Shown: positions 23,476 through 36,635 of the stretch, in pieces | Layout: each line of letters begins with the position of its first letter | Numbering within the stretch: the first letter of the stretch is position 1 | Assembly: GCA_047495785.1 (NCBI GenBank) | Contig: JBLDXI010000054.1 | Location: 124,001-188,000, forward strand | Length of the DNA stretch: 64,000 nucleotides | Source: Lepidodermella squamata | Taxonomy: Eukaryota > Animalia > Gastrotricha | Direction of reading: 5' to 3' | Notes under the pieces: model-generated | What the model was told of the DNA's origin: nothing | Seen by the model: the letters and a program-made list of their open reading frames with translations, nothing else | Databases searched by the model: none | Position numbers and translations under genes: made by a program

Positions 23476-24508
23476 TCAAAACTGTTTAAACCGTGAACCA
23501 CACTGCTGATTTGAGCAATGTAGAAAAGTTTCTTCTGTTGAAGTGGCAGTTGCTGTAGTGTCGGCTGCTCAAATAACACCAATGAAGGGAAGTCGTTGAA
23601 TCAAGGTGTTCAGAACCGCCTTAAAACCAATCGTTCCATGTTTCAATGGCATGAAGTCAACGCCGGCGACCACCGGGACGCTCTAACGGGCCTAGGGTTG
23701 CCTCGTTAATGCGTTCAAATTATGAATCTCAAAATTTTCATTTCATTATCAGTGCCTTTCGAAAATGATGAAAAATGTGATAAAGAAAAAGAAATGGCGT
23801 TTCAAAATAAAATGATAAAATCAATAATCGAATAAAGCAATAAATCTGTGTTTTGTTCTAATTTTATAATGAAAAATGGCTTGTAAAAAAGAAACGCAGC
23901 ACAAATCAATGCAGACAAGGCATCGTTCAAGCACTCTGTAGCCTTGCGTAAAGCTTCAAAACCGAGGCAAGTGATTTCTAATTGCACTTTGCAATGAATT
24001 AATAATTAAGCCGTGGGCGAGCCTAATTTGTTTACATCGGGTACTTTTGCCGCTTGCCAGGATTTTCAGCCCAGCATTCAATCATTGATAAATAGATGCA
24101 GGCACAGGCAGATTCCGATAAACTTTCTCTGATATAAAATTCAAAATTCAACAATCCAATGGCGATGATGAAAATCGTTGATGTCGGGGCTCTAAGCCAT
24201 GAATTTTTCAAAGCATGCTCAACTAAGCTGAGTGCTTGGAAAATCCATAGCTGATTACTATAGATTCGCGAAATTCAAGAAATCTATCATTGAAAAACTG
24301 CGACAGACAACTACAACCAAGTTCCCAAATGAGTCGATAATTCGAGGAAACCAGAAATCACCTACAACACGAGTCGCCTCACATTTCTCAGGAAGGAAAC
24401 TCTAACGTGCGCTTGCAGCTAGCAGAAGCAAACTCGAAAAACTCAATGAAAGAAAATAGTATAGTTCAAGTTGGAACATTTTGACTGGGATCGAATACAT
24501 AGAATATA

Positions 24509-26893
24509 ATGAGCATGAATAGCTTATCTGCCCTTCTATCACTGTTGATTCTGCAATCTGCGTTCGGACAAAATAGAACGCGAATGAAATTCCTCTTGCT
24601 GTCACCAGTTATTGGCATGGACCCGAAAAACGTTCAAACAGCCGCCATAACCATGCGATACGTCATCGATCGCGTAAATCAACGGCAAGACATTTTACGC
24701 GATTATCTTATCGAACTCGACCATCGCGACGACTTCTTCTCTTTACAATCCGCTCAGCGCTTAATCGAATTCCGCCGAAACTGGACAGAAACTTCGAGTT
24801 TCATTCAATCACCGATAATCGCAGGGCCATTAATCTCAAACGGCTGTAAGGCTATAGGGAAAATGCTACCCTATGTCAATTCTATCGCAATCAGCACTCA
24901 ATGCACGGCTCCATTCTTGAGCAACCACAGCGAATATCCGAATTTGTTCCTGTCGCTAACAACCTCGAAAACTAACGCCTTAGCTATGCTGTTCTATATG
25001 AGAAATGAAGGTAAATGGAACGGGTTTGCACTAGTAACAACATTATCAGTAGCAAATGACGTCGCATTGGCTTATTTCATGCATGACCAAGCTGTTGCTG
25101 GTGGATTTGAAGTTCCCTACTTCAACATGTTCACCGAACCCGGCCCTGAGGCTGTTTTACCCCTGAAAGCCTCTGGGCTGAGAATTATCGTGATCACAGT
25201 AGGTGCAGCGCCTACTTTCAATCGATTTCTATGCGAGGCTTTCAAAGCAGGTCTGACTGGACCTAGATATGTTTTCCTAGGTCTATCAACCGCTTTCTCC
25301 TTGAGTATCCCTAATGGATGTAGTCGGGATGAGTTCCTCAACCAATTGAGGCAAACAATCTACTTCGGATATGCTACGAAACCTGAGGATCCAAATCGAA
25401 TCTCGAGCATCGGAAACACCAGACTCGAATTCGACGCTATGATGAGCCGATTGACTAATCTAACTTCAGATGACTATTTCCTGGCTTTAGTTCTCCACGA
25501 CACCTTAGTCACCTCAATGTTGGCACTGAACAGAACTGACTGGAAGCTCAAAGCTGATTTCAATCTGTCACTGAGGGATTATCATCGATTCCCTGATATT
25601 GTGACCAAAGTTGCGTATAATGGGATTTTAGAGACTAAATCAGTCGGAATACGAGTTGGAACGACTTCATACAGCAAAGCCGGTCAATTGTTAGGCGATA
25701 TTCAGGTAGCATCACAGTGGTCCCTTCAAAACGGCCTGACAGATCTAGCTTGGGTGACCGATTATTCTAACGCATCTTCAAGTGAATCAAATATGTCTTC
25801 GTTCAGTTTGAGAATTACTGGTAAAACAGCTTGGATTTCGGATTCCGTCCCAAGAGACGGGCCTATCTTGATTCGAGAAACAATGACTGTTAAATTGTCA
25901 TCCTCGGTTATAGCTTGGATTTTGATAACTTGTACATCTTTGGTTCAGCTCATGAGCGTTGTCGCGATTATCGCTGGCAAGCCCACAAAAGTCGAATTTC
26001 GAGCGACGAAACTTTTCGGCTTATCCGGATGTCTATTTTTGAACGCAGCATCCTCAGCTTTTACTATGGACCGGATTTCAGGTGGATCAGCCCTAGCTGT
26101 CGTGAATCTTTTCCTCCTCGGATGTGGCGTTGTAGCCACTTTCACGCCAGTTTCACTCCGCCTTTTAGTGATTAATCGATTCGTTCAACAATCAGTTCAG
26201 AAAGGCTTCAGAAAGTCCGACGCGAGATTCAGCTCTACTGCTGCTACTAGAATTTCAAATGTGAAATCTGACGCTAATGGTACCAAAACGAAGCTATTGA
26301 TAGCTTTTCCGTCGAACATCTGGCGAGTTTTTGATACTCAAATTGTTGCATCCTCTGTCGTGATTCTTCTCATCAGCCTATCGATTTTAGTGGCATGGGT
26401 GATCATTCAAGATATGACATGCACAGAAACCTTACTAATCGAGCCTTTTTACAATGAAAGGATTGACACAGTTCACGAACTCTGGGCTGTCATCTGTGGA
26501 ATGAGTAACAGATCATCAGTTGTTAGCTGGTCTCTTTTTGGATCCATATTCTGCGTTCAATTTCTGCTGATATTGGCTAGTTTGTTGGTAGCTTTTCAAC
26601 TGAGGCAAATGAAAGGTTTCTCGAATCAGTGTCACGAATTTCTACCAACTTGCTTGAGTGCCATCGCTAGTGCAGCTCTAATTCCCGCGGGCTTCTTGAT
26701 CGCGTTTGTGTTAAATAGCGATCCAATGAACCAGCAAATAGCTTTGGCTTATGTCACCGTCATTATTTCAGCGATAATTTCCATTTCGTGGATTTATCCG
26801 AATTTCTTGAAAAAAGGTGGCCAATCGATAGCGAGTAGTATCAGTTCTTCGAATTTGTTGCATAATCCTGCAAGAGGATCCGGATTGGTTTGA
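24509..26893 (+). CDS. Intronless class C GPCR, divergent GABA-B-receptor-like
   Basis: 794 aa: signal peptide, Venus-flytrap-like region (IDRVNQRQDILRDYLIEL, GPLISNGC, APFLSNHSEYPNLF, LCEAFKAGLTGPRYVF), PRDGP linker with no Cys-rich domain, then about seven hydrophobic segments. Confidence 0.85.
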   Translation: MSMNSLSALLSLLILQSAFGQNRTRMKFLLLSPVIGMDPKNVQTAAITMRYVIDRVNQRQDILRDYLIELDHRDDFFSLQSAQRLIEFRRNWTETSSFIQSPIIAGPLISNGCKAIGKMLPYVNSIAISTQCTAPFLSNHSEYPNLFLSLTTSKTNALAMLFYMRNEGKWNGFALVTTLSVANDVALAYFMHDQAVAGGFEVPYFNMFTEPGPEAVLPLKASGLRIIVITVGAAPTFNRFLCEAFKAGLTGPRYVFLGLSTAFSLSIPNGCSRDEFLNQLRQTIYFGYATKPEDPNRISSIGNTRLEFDAMMSRLTNLTSDDYFLALVLHDTLVTSMLALNRTDWKLKADFNLSLRDYHRFPDIVTKVAYNGILETKSVGIRVGTTSYSKAGQLLGDIQVASQWSLQNGLTDLAWVTDYSNASSSESNMSSFSLRITGKTAWISDSVPRDGPILIRETMTVKLSSSVIAWILITCTSLVQLMSVVAIIAGKPTKVEFRATKLFGLSGCLFLNAASSAFTMDRISGGSALAVVNLFLLGCGVVATFTPVSLRLLVINRFVQQSVQKGFRKSDARFSSTAATRISNVKSDANGTKTKLLIAFPSNIWRVFDTQIVASSVVILLISLSILVAWVIIQDMTCTETLLIEPFYNERIDTVHELWAVICGMSNRSSVVSWSLFGSIFCVQFLLILASLLVAFQLRQMKGFSNQCHEFLPTCLSAIASAALIPAGFLIAFVLNSDPMNQQIALAYVTVIISAIISISWIYPNFLKKGGQSIASSISSSNLLHNPARGSGLV

Positions 26894-27218
26894 ATCCTTA
26901 TGAAAAGAACGATATGAATTGATATTTTCCCCTTTTATCTTTATCTTTCGCAAGTGTCATGAAATTCGAAAGGGTAGAGACGCCCAATGCGTGGAAGCAA
27001 CATAAATCAGTACTATTATTTCCACAAGGAGGTGGTGGATTGTACGAATCGACAATCTGAGATGTATCGTAAATTTTAAAGTTGGCCAATAGAAAAATTA
27101 ATAATGAAATTATAGATATAGATGTCGGGTATGAATATTTGTGCCAATTGGCTTTAGACCACTCTCAGAACAAAGTCTCCTCCATAGAGAAATGAAACAC
27201 CAGTAGTCCATTGAAGAA

Positions 27219-29134
27219 TCAGACATCATTGCAATCGTACTGTTGTGAACCATCCGAGCATTCGCATGTCATATAGAGGCATCGCTTTGCCACCGCGCAA
27301 TCGCAAATAGCTGAGGAAAATTCACAAACCCGATATGAAAGTAAAGTCAAGTTATACCCGCTTAATTCTACAACCTTTTACGCAATCGTCACCGGTTCTC
27401 CATTTGTCGAGACACGTGCAGGTGTTCGGTGCAGCGCAGTAAGCTGTTGTTGAGCAAATCACCGATCCACAAATTTCTGGCCAAATATAAACAGGGTTCA
27501 ATGGCGATTAAAATTAAAGGGTTCAGAACTCACGCCTGTTGCACGAAGCTCCAGTCCAACCGGCTTTGCAGGCGCACAGATTTATCCCGTAACACCTCCC
27601 ATTTTTACACGGAGGATTACAATAAGGCTTATCGACTGAAATCATAGGTTATAACAAGTTAATTTTAGATTAGTATAGAGCGCGTCTTACAAAATTGGTA
27701 TGTGCGAAGGTCCACCACTCTGGTAGGGCTTACATTCGCAGAATTGCCCCCATAAACTTGAATTATAGGCGGCTCCATTGTTGGATCGATCGCTACGAAC
27801 CCTGGCGAATCAATACCGCTATAAATCGCCGTGCATTGGGTTGACGAGCAAATATCAACCGACAGCTTTGTCGCACGTCTAACAACAATGCCAATACTGA
27901 TACGGCCCCTTGTAAGTTCCTTGCCAAAGCTCACTATATTCGTCGTGCCGAAGACTGTTCTTGTCGGGGACGAGAACAGGGTGAAGCGTTGAAAATAGCC
28001 GTTGTAATTCAAAACAAAACCGGCGAAATTGTTGTTATCGATCGGCTTGAAAGAGCTAGAGGCAGCGTAGTTGAATGAAGAATTCGATACTAAGGATATC
28101 GAGTAGGTGTCCAGGTAAGACCCAGGAACCCCATCGAGATTCAGCGTTACGTTTATTGAAAAATCAGCAAACAGGAAGTACTTTCATGAGTCATGAGTGC
28201 GAAAATTTATAAAAAAAAATTCAATATTCGATTTACTTCAATCGAATTTACTTTTACTTTTACTAAAATTTACTTTTTTACTCGATAGCGTTCCTTCGTT
28301 GGCGGCCTGATTGATCAGAACTATGTCGTTGTTTGGGCCGAGGGCGGGGAAAACTCTGTTACTGGCGTATATCCAGTTATTTTCTGTGAAAAACAGCTGA
28401 AAGTCAAATCTTAAATACGTTGAAATTGAGTTTACGATAATTTCCGTCGTTTATGTAGGAATAATCGGGCGAAAACGTTCTTGGATCAGACATAGGCATT
28501 CCAATGGCTATTTTTAACGATTATTAGGTTCAAGTATACGAGGAAAAGTAATTAACCTTGCGAGCAATCGGAACCTGTAAATCGCGTCAGGCATGTGCAA
28601 GTATTGGTGGCGTTGTTGCAAAAGCCATTTCTCTGCAGGCATGCCGGAACACAATCTGTAAAACGAATTTAGATTTATCCGACATCCGACTGTACCTGTG
28701 AAATAACGAGAGGTCCTCCTTACCGGAACCATCAAATTTAAGGTGAGCGGAACCAAATTATGGAAAATTATTTAGTGGCCTGTGATAACTTTTAGTTTAT
28801 ATTTATTGGGTATCAAGATTCGCCACAATTATTCGCAAAAAAAAATCCAACGTAACATTCTCTACAAGATATTCAAAAAGTGAGTCGTATTTAGACTTAG
28901 GTACGGGAAAATGCAAATTTGGTTCCACTAGAGCATAATTATTGGTTCCGCTGCCGCTTAATTTGGCTCCTCTAACAAGTATTCTGAACATCAACTCCCA
29001 GACTACGAAGGATAAGCTCAGCTGATTTTTAACCCTGGTGTCTTGCAATTTGCAATATAGGTAGTTCATAGCTTACTTGCAAAGCTAACAGAGATCCACG
29101 TGAAGAAAATGATAAATCTTGACAATAATTCCAT
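27219..29134 (-). CDS. Secreted EGF + beta-sandwich + EGF-repeat protein (EGF-1), multi-exon
   Basis: Signal exon MELLSRFIIFFTWISVSFA, EGF CVPACLQRNGFCNNATNTCTCLTRFTGSDC, ~220-aa beta-rich domain, EGFs CNPPCKNGRCYGINLCACKAGWTGASC and CSTTAYCAAPNTCTCLDKWRTGDDC, Cys-rich end, stop at 27219. Confidence 0.8.
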
Positions 29135-30245
29135 GATTACCAGCAAGTTTAAAATGAGGCATAAATGCGATGGCGCGTGTGGCTTAAGCTTCGCGATTGT
29201 GCACAACCAACTGTCGATTAGAGATTGGTGCTGTTTTGCCAGCCCCGATGTATTGGAGTGACAGCGACGATCTGTTAGAGGATTGTTTCCTTAGGATCCA
29301 GGCAGCACCGAATGTTTCGATCAACATCGATATCCCGTTGCGTTATAAATTTGCTTCGCAAATAAATTCCGACTTCTAACCCAGCTTTCTTTCTATTTTA
29401 CGTGTCAGTCATCACGTAAATCGCAAAAGAAAAATGAATCAGAAAAATCTAGCCTCACTGTGTTTTTCGCCGGTTTTCGACTTGTTTTCAGGTAGCCTAC
29501 CTCTTACTACGGAATTTCGTGAAAATCCAATGCTGGTTTCGATTCTTGAAAAAATTGCAAGCTCGCCGTAACTACGTCGAACTGTGATAGCACTGAAATA
29601 GCACTCGCCGTAGCTAAAAAAGTGGCAACTCGGATCGCAATGAACCTTTCACCACAACATTCTGCCGGTTCAGGGCCAAAATAGGGTACCAAAGTGTTAT
29701 GCCCCTGTAGATAAATCGATCTCGGGAAAATCGAGAAAATCGATAGTTCCATGTCGGATGATTTTAGTCACATTTTTGCTTGTCGGATGAAATAAGGATA
29801 AAAAAGACATTGGTCGGATGAACAAAGTCACACCCTCTTATGCTCATCTATTCTGGCAAGTATGAGGCGCTGTGCGTGATCGCATGAAACAAATATGGTT
29901 GGAAATTAAAAAGTGGCTTAGTTAATACCTATTACAGACAATTTTGCGCAGCAGGGTTCCGCTCAAACGTCGATAGCAAATTTCTATCATAATTTTGTTC
30001 TCGAAAACTCGACAAGCGTAGGCTTAATGCTCGATGCTCGTATCCTGCCGCGTAGTTCAAACAAGCTGAGGCAGCTGAAATCGTCGCACCGAAGCCGGCG
30101 TTATAATCACCAAGAAAATATTCTCCGATGTTTTTCACAGGCAGTAAAAACCACGTGGTGGAGCCGATAAAAGCTGGCGGATTTCGTTCAGTTCAATTCA
30201 CAGCATTTTTCCTAGAAGAATTCGTAGATCCCTTTTCCGTTGAAT

Positions 30246-31095
30246 ATGTTTTCGAAGCACATTACTCTTTTCGCTGTAGTCGCCTCAGTTGGTGAGTTAT
30301 TGATAATTGGCGTCTTCTAATTGTAAGCATCTGACTACTTCCTTTCTTACTAAACAGGTGCGATAAATCCGCCCTTCGATTTCGACGAGGTGAAATACGC
30401 GTGCAATTCAGTCTACTCAACGCTTCAAGCCGTCGGCACAGTCGGCACTTGCAACAGCTACTGCTACCTGGCTGGCTCGAAATGCCTCGGCTACGCTTAC
30501 AGCGATACCACGAAAACTTGCCAGTTGAGTTCGCAGTGTGCTAAGACGAGCACCAGCATCCCTAGCGGCTACAAGGTCTTCGCTAAGAATGCCAGTTAGT
30601 AAAGCTAAATGCACTACAACCCAGACTGGCGCGAATGGGTTAAACTTGTTGGGTTAAACAAAGGGGGGAAATCGACGTGTTCGCCGTTGTTCACCGAAGT
30701 TACTTCCAAAATGAGGAGAAAAACGATGAACAAAAAAGTTCACGACAAAATCTTGGGGAACATCGGCGAACACATCTACATCAATCTCACCACATCCAAT
30801 TTTTCATCGCTCTTCCACTAGCCAGTCTGGGATAGAAGGGATACGAACCGTCAATGTTGTATTATTTACTTTTCTAGAGCTCAGCAAGTTCACCAAAGTC
30901 GACTACCAATGCAACGTTTACTACAAGCAGTACCAGACGCTCGACACGGCTGCGAAATGTGCTGACGCGTGCCTTGCCGATCCGAAATGCCGCGGAATGG
31001 CCTTCGCCTCATTGGCTAGATGGTGCTATCTGTATTCGGCGTGCGACGAGAATGCTCAAAGGCCTATCAATGATTACACCTTCTTCAAGCTGTAA
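30246..31095 (+). CDS. Small secreted protein with two PAN/apple-like domains (PAN-1), 3 exons
   Basis: MFSKHITLFAVVASVG signal, CNSYC...CLGYAYSDTTKTCQL and CADACLADPKCRGMAFASLARWCYL motifs, GT-AG introns in phase 1. Confidence 0.8.
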
Positions 31096-32619
31096 TCAAA
31101 GCGGATGCGCTGTAACACGGACGGATGATGAACAGCCCAGTTATTTTAGAGGAGTTTGTGTTATCGTTGTGCGGTTGAGTGAGGAGGTCTCATGGGCTCA
31201 ATAAATATAAATAAAATGAACAGGAAAATGTCATCCAAGAACCTTGATGAGGCCTGTTTTAAATTACATCCGCGGAATATAGTTACAGGCAGCATATTCT
31301 CTATACTGACTTTTTCAATTTATCCTCCAAAGTCTCCAAAAATATCTGATTTTTTAAGGCTAGGAAAACATTAACAGTTTTAGCTCGAATTCTTTCCACT
31401 GGAGAGTTCGTTAAATTCCGTTATGTGCCGTCTGTGAAGTAGTAGTAGTTTATTGATAAAACAATGATCCGACTAAGTAACAGTCTGCCTATTGACACGG
31501 GTATTTGCATTGAACTAGGGTTACCTAAGGTTACCTGAATCTTTATAAAAAATTTCCACTTTTTCCAAACCCTAGCCATTCCAAAAATATGAGGTTCTCC
31601 GGGCTGTTTTGACCATAAACAGTCCGAACCCATTCCAGTAAGCTCACAAAATGTCATGAGCCAATTCGCCACCGTTAAGGAGCCATCGCTGCTGAAAGTC
31701 AAAAAGGCAACATTTTAAAACCGCTTGAAGGTGCCATAAATCTGCATAAAATCTTCACTTCTGAAAATCATTGTTGATGTTCGAAATGAACCCCTATTGT
31801 TGTTCTCCATGCCTTCTCTCTAGAACATATTATCCTGCCACACAGGAGAAGCCGGGAAGAAATTGAAAACAAGCATTCCATGTTTATGAGGCGATTTGTC
31901 TTTGGTCAGACCATTGCTTTGTTTAGCGTGCCAATGGCAATACGTACTCCCACGATAGAAGTACGGGGTCCGCCGCCAGACCAATTTTTTGTAATAAGGG
32001 TTGCTTCTATCAAGGTCGCCGTACGTTTATTAAGAAATAGCGAAAAAGGCACCATGTGGGGTGCTAATCCTTTTCGATCGTAAACGGCCATACGTATAAT
32101 AGAGTGCCTGTAACCAGGGTGCTTTTATCGAGGGAGTGCTGTAGAGCAAAATTCAATTTCGCCTAAATTTGGATGAGCAATGACTCATAATCATTATCAT
32201 ATACGAAGCAATGATACGCTTCACTACAATGATAGTGGTTTTAATTCAAGGATTGATCAATGGCTGTTCGACAGGCGTCGCGTCAATGGCTCCATTTCGC
32301 AGAAATTTCGCGCTATCTCTGTTCGACCGGGTTGGAAAAAATGCCCGGAAAAACATGAAAAAAGGTCGATAAGATCGCTAAATTATGCTCTCAAAAAATC
32401 GAATAAATCAGAGGGACTTTTATTTGCAACAAAAATAAAGGTACGGCTACAATTTTAGTTTAAAAAAATCACTACATAAATCCTATATCTCTACTGTAGT
32501 TTCTACAGATTCAAAAAATTCAAATCGTAGAAAGAAGGCGAAATTCGACGATATCAGTTCATCGATGTTAGTAGTAAACATAGAGTTCTATTCAAGAAAA
32601 ACTATGTACTTGAAAAGGC

Positions 32620-35600
32620 TCAAATCAAGGCCGCGACAATGAAATGGAGGTTGATTCCCAGAACAGCAGTAACCGCTAAGAGAAAAGCAATCGTATCAAA
32701 GATTCGAATCAGGGGCGCGGCTTTTACTCTTTTGAACAAACTAATTGGCATTGCGCACCATCGATGATCGCGAGCCATGGCCGCCGTTGCTAAAATCTCG
32801 TAAACAGCCAGCACAGCCATAGTACCAGTGAGACTGAGAACGTAGTTAGCCAGCAAAATGTGCTGGTCACTTTCGGGAACACTGTGCAAAACATCAGACT
32901 GCGCCACAATGAGCGATAACATGACTGTGCAGCAGATAGCGGGTCGATCAGGGACTTCTGGTTCCATCAACAGAGTTCCGAAGCCGAGAAACAGTAGAAT
33001 ATAGCAGGGTACCACGAAGTTAACGATAAAGTAGCCAGGCTCACGACCAAACTTTAAAGTAACCCGTGCATAGGACACAGTCGAGGAAACGATTGAACTC
33101 GACTCAACAGTCCCATTGTCCTTTGTCAACCCTTGATAGACCCAAACCCCGTAATCCAGAGGCCCCTTAACCCTAACGAACAAGCCTCCGATCGAGACAA
33201 AATTAACGTGCTCATCTACAAGAAGTGTCAAATCGCAAGTTTGGTAGTCGAAAGGAAACGTTGTTAGATCCAGCACGCAGCTAGTCGCGAAAGTTCCCAC
33301 TCGAGTCCAGTGGAAGAACAAAGTTCGATTCGGCCGAGTTGGGTAGTACGCGATTTCTATCTTCTCCCCGCACACAGGGTTGGTTACATCAAATTCTGGA
33401 GTTTTGTTCGGGAACATCATCGAAGGCCGCCATATATCAGTTCGCCGGGTAGAAACAAGCCGCTCCTTGTCTTCAGCGCCTGGGGCTGTATAGTTCGCGT
33501 CGCAAGAGTTGACCCTCCACTGTAGGACAAGGGTGCCCCAGATGAGGACCCGCTGTTGCTCCTGGTCGATTGATTCGATGTGTTCTAACGTAAGTTGGAC
33601 GAAGATATTGGTACCGAAACCTGGGGTTCGCTTGTCGACGCTTATGTATGGGCAAGGCATCAAGTCGTCCACGCTAACAGTCGGTAAGATATTCCCAACG
33701 AAAAGCTGAGGTATGGGGAAACCAGTTGTGGGGTCATAATAGCGGGGTGCAGCAGTGGTCGACGAAAAGTCTTGCATTGTAGTAATGGCCGTGGCATTAT
33801 TTTGCGTTGCAGCAGTGCTGGTCGCAACATCTTGTTTTACAGTAGTGGTCGTGGCGATATTTTGCGTCGCGGCTGAAATGGATGGCGTCAGGCTGAGAGT
33901 CGTAGACGTAGTAGAGGAAACTGGGTCAGTTAAAGCAGTTGAGGACTGTGTCGAAGTTGGCGAGGCATTGCCACTGGTCAGAATCCAAGTGTATCTGAAA
34001 TGCGAACAAAAAGGGGTACATGAGAATCAAGTTTTTAGATGTTAACGGTTCTCCGGTAACTTGAAATGAGCAAATAAGATTTCTTACGTGCTCTTGACGT
34101 TCAGGTCTCCTTTGAAAGACATTAGTTCGGCCATAGTATTTCCTTGTGGGTAGGTCAAATTCGAGAAGCAAACAGCTGAACGCCCGGCGCTGTCGGCACT
34201 TGACAACTGAAAGGAGAGCAGGTGCCAATCGACAAACAAAAATATACGAGTTATGCCTTTTTAATTCGTCCCCTATTCAGATTTCCAATTTCCCGTTATA
34301 AACAGAAATATATCAAGATTTGTCCATTTCTTCCCGATTTTATTTGCTTGCTTGTGCTATTGAAGTTCTTCTAGTCGAAGAGGATAATTTCAATAGATGT
34401 TTTTGAAAACTTTACAGGATGTACAATTGTATAAGTGAAAAATTTAAATGATTTTTTCATAGATTTCGTCGGTAAATTACGGGAAAACCAATTCCGAGAA
34501 AAAGTTATAAAAAAAACAAACCGTGGCAGAGTAATTTATCTTCTGAAAGATCAGTCGATACTTGGCATTTCCGCCAGAAACAATGAGTCCTGAGAGGCCA
34601 CAAGCTGGTAGTGAAACTGAGCTGTAATTGAAGGGCGCTGATGTCATATTCAAGGTTTTATTAGCGTTATAGGAAGCGTAGATTTCCCCGCTCCCATTAG
34701 CCAAGCGCTGCGCGAGAATGAGCCCGTTGTAATTTTGCATCGCGTTGTAAGTCTTATTGCCATCAGTCGAACCTGAAAAAAATGTATAGCCGATTTATTC
34801 GATGGAAATTCTGAATTTTACCGAATGTTTTCCACAAAAACTGCGTAAAGAAGTTTAACACGAGCCATGTCTCCGATCCATTTGTTGGATACGTTGCATC
34901 TATGTCAAACTCCATTCTCCACGGCCATGTTTCGTAAGTAGCCCCAAACTCCTGTTTTGGGGAAGCTGAAACCTACGTTTCTTTAATCATTAAATCTCAC
35001 AGCGAAGATTGTTCCAACTGCCTGTGGTCTCCATATGCTTTTAAGCACACAACCTGTAAGGTACGTGCATTCTCCGGCTCTCCATCTCAAAGGCGAGGGT
35101 GAAACAGTGGCATTGTATCCGTCAAAGCTATTTGAAAAATGCAAATTGGCCAACCCAGAGAGGTCGGCTGGTAAAGCGAAGCTTTGAGCATTAGGCTGTG
35201 GAACTACAGTACCGATCAAATTCCAAAAATACCTGACAAAATAAAGTTGTTTTGTTCAATTACAATTTGTTCAAATTTCAAATAAAATTAGAAAATTGAA
35301 AAATTAATTGTTTTTGCCACATACTTACATTTTCTTCACAACGATATCAGCATCGGACCCGGAACCAATGAAGAATGGGCCGAAGGAACCTTGCATCAAA
35401 TAGTCCTCCAAGCTGATTAATGACCCAGTTGTATCGACACCAGTCACACAGCTTGCAGCGGAGAGGGGCGTAGCTCCGTTCAACGGAATGACGAAAACCT
35501 AATTTTTACAGTATTATTTCAGTAAATTCAGTAATATTATCGTTAGAGCTTTTATTTATTAAAATACCACAGGGGATCATTTGGTCCTAAACTTTGGTCC

Positions 35601-36635
35601 TAACATTCGCCCACATGTGAACATCAGTTTGTTTTATACCCCCTGCCACTAAGCTAGCCTTAGCCCTGCAGCGTAGTCGTTATTCTCAAAACTCACATCA
35701 ACCAAACGATAATTTTTCTGCGTTTGTAAGACAAGTCGATAATTCATGCTGCCTGAATTCGTAAGCACCATGTTGTTTCCACAACTAGCTTGTGATGCGT
35801 ACAAAGTCGATACGTTGATCGGAATGGCGAATGTCGAGTTGATTGCGCTAGTCTTGTCTTGATAGCTCGCGTACATCCGCCCACCTACTTCGATTTTATG
35901 CCAGATAGTTAGTGCTGCTCCGTAGCTGCTGAAGCCGTCAAAACCGATCGAGCTGTTGGTCAATTTAGCTGAATTCGATCACACACCACGAAAGGCAAAA
36001 CAAATCAATTCAATTCACTCAAAGAATATACCGCTACTAAGTAAAAGGTTCAGCGGTCCGGTGAATTTATTTAAAGTTGATTAAAAAAAGCTGCTTATCA
36101 ACTGACCTGGGACATGATCTGAGAGTTTTCCGAGTCCGAAACCGAACCAAGCATTCGAACTGCCTGTTGAATAGGTGACAGCCAGTTCAATCTCGATTCG
36201 CCATGGACTGAGAATTCCCATTGTGTCATTTACCACCTTTATTGTTCAAAGCAGCGTTAATTTGCGACAGAATATATGAATCAAAACTAACCGTTCCACT
36301 GGCCGTTCCAAACGTGCTGTTGGAGTTAGGTGCCATTGACACCAATTGGTAGCCGTTTGACACAGTTTTAGATGAGTAGAATTGCTTGACCACGGAATCA
36401 CCGTTGATGGCCGAATTTTCGCGGTCGAACGATAAACCAGCAACATAGCGCGGCTGGCCTGATAATATGTCTGGCAAGGCTACAGAGCCTGTGTCAGGAT
36501 CAGGATTGGCTGTCGATAGCGCCGATTCTTGATAGTAAAATTAAAAAAATGAGCTTCGAAGACTGGAAATGCCTACGAACCTATCAGAGCTGCGAGAGTA
36601 CCTAAATGGAGAAGCCAACACTTGAAATCAGTCAT
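32620..36635 (-). CDS. Long-form Cys-loop channel L2 (10 exons)
   Basis: ATG at 36635 (MTDFKCWLLHLGTLAALI), the same exon series as L1, S/T stalk, Cys-loop CVLDLTTFPFDYQTC, M1-M4. Confidence 0.85.
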
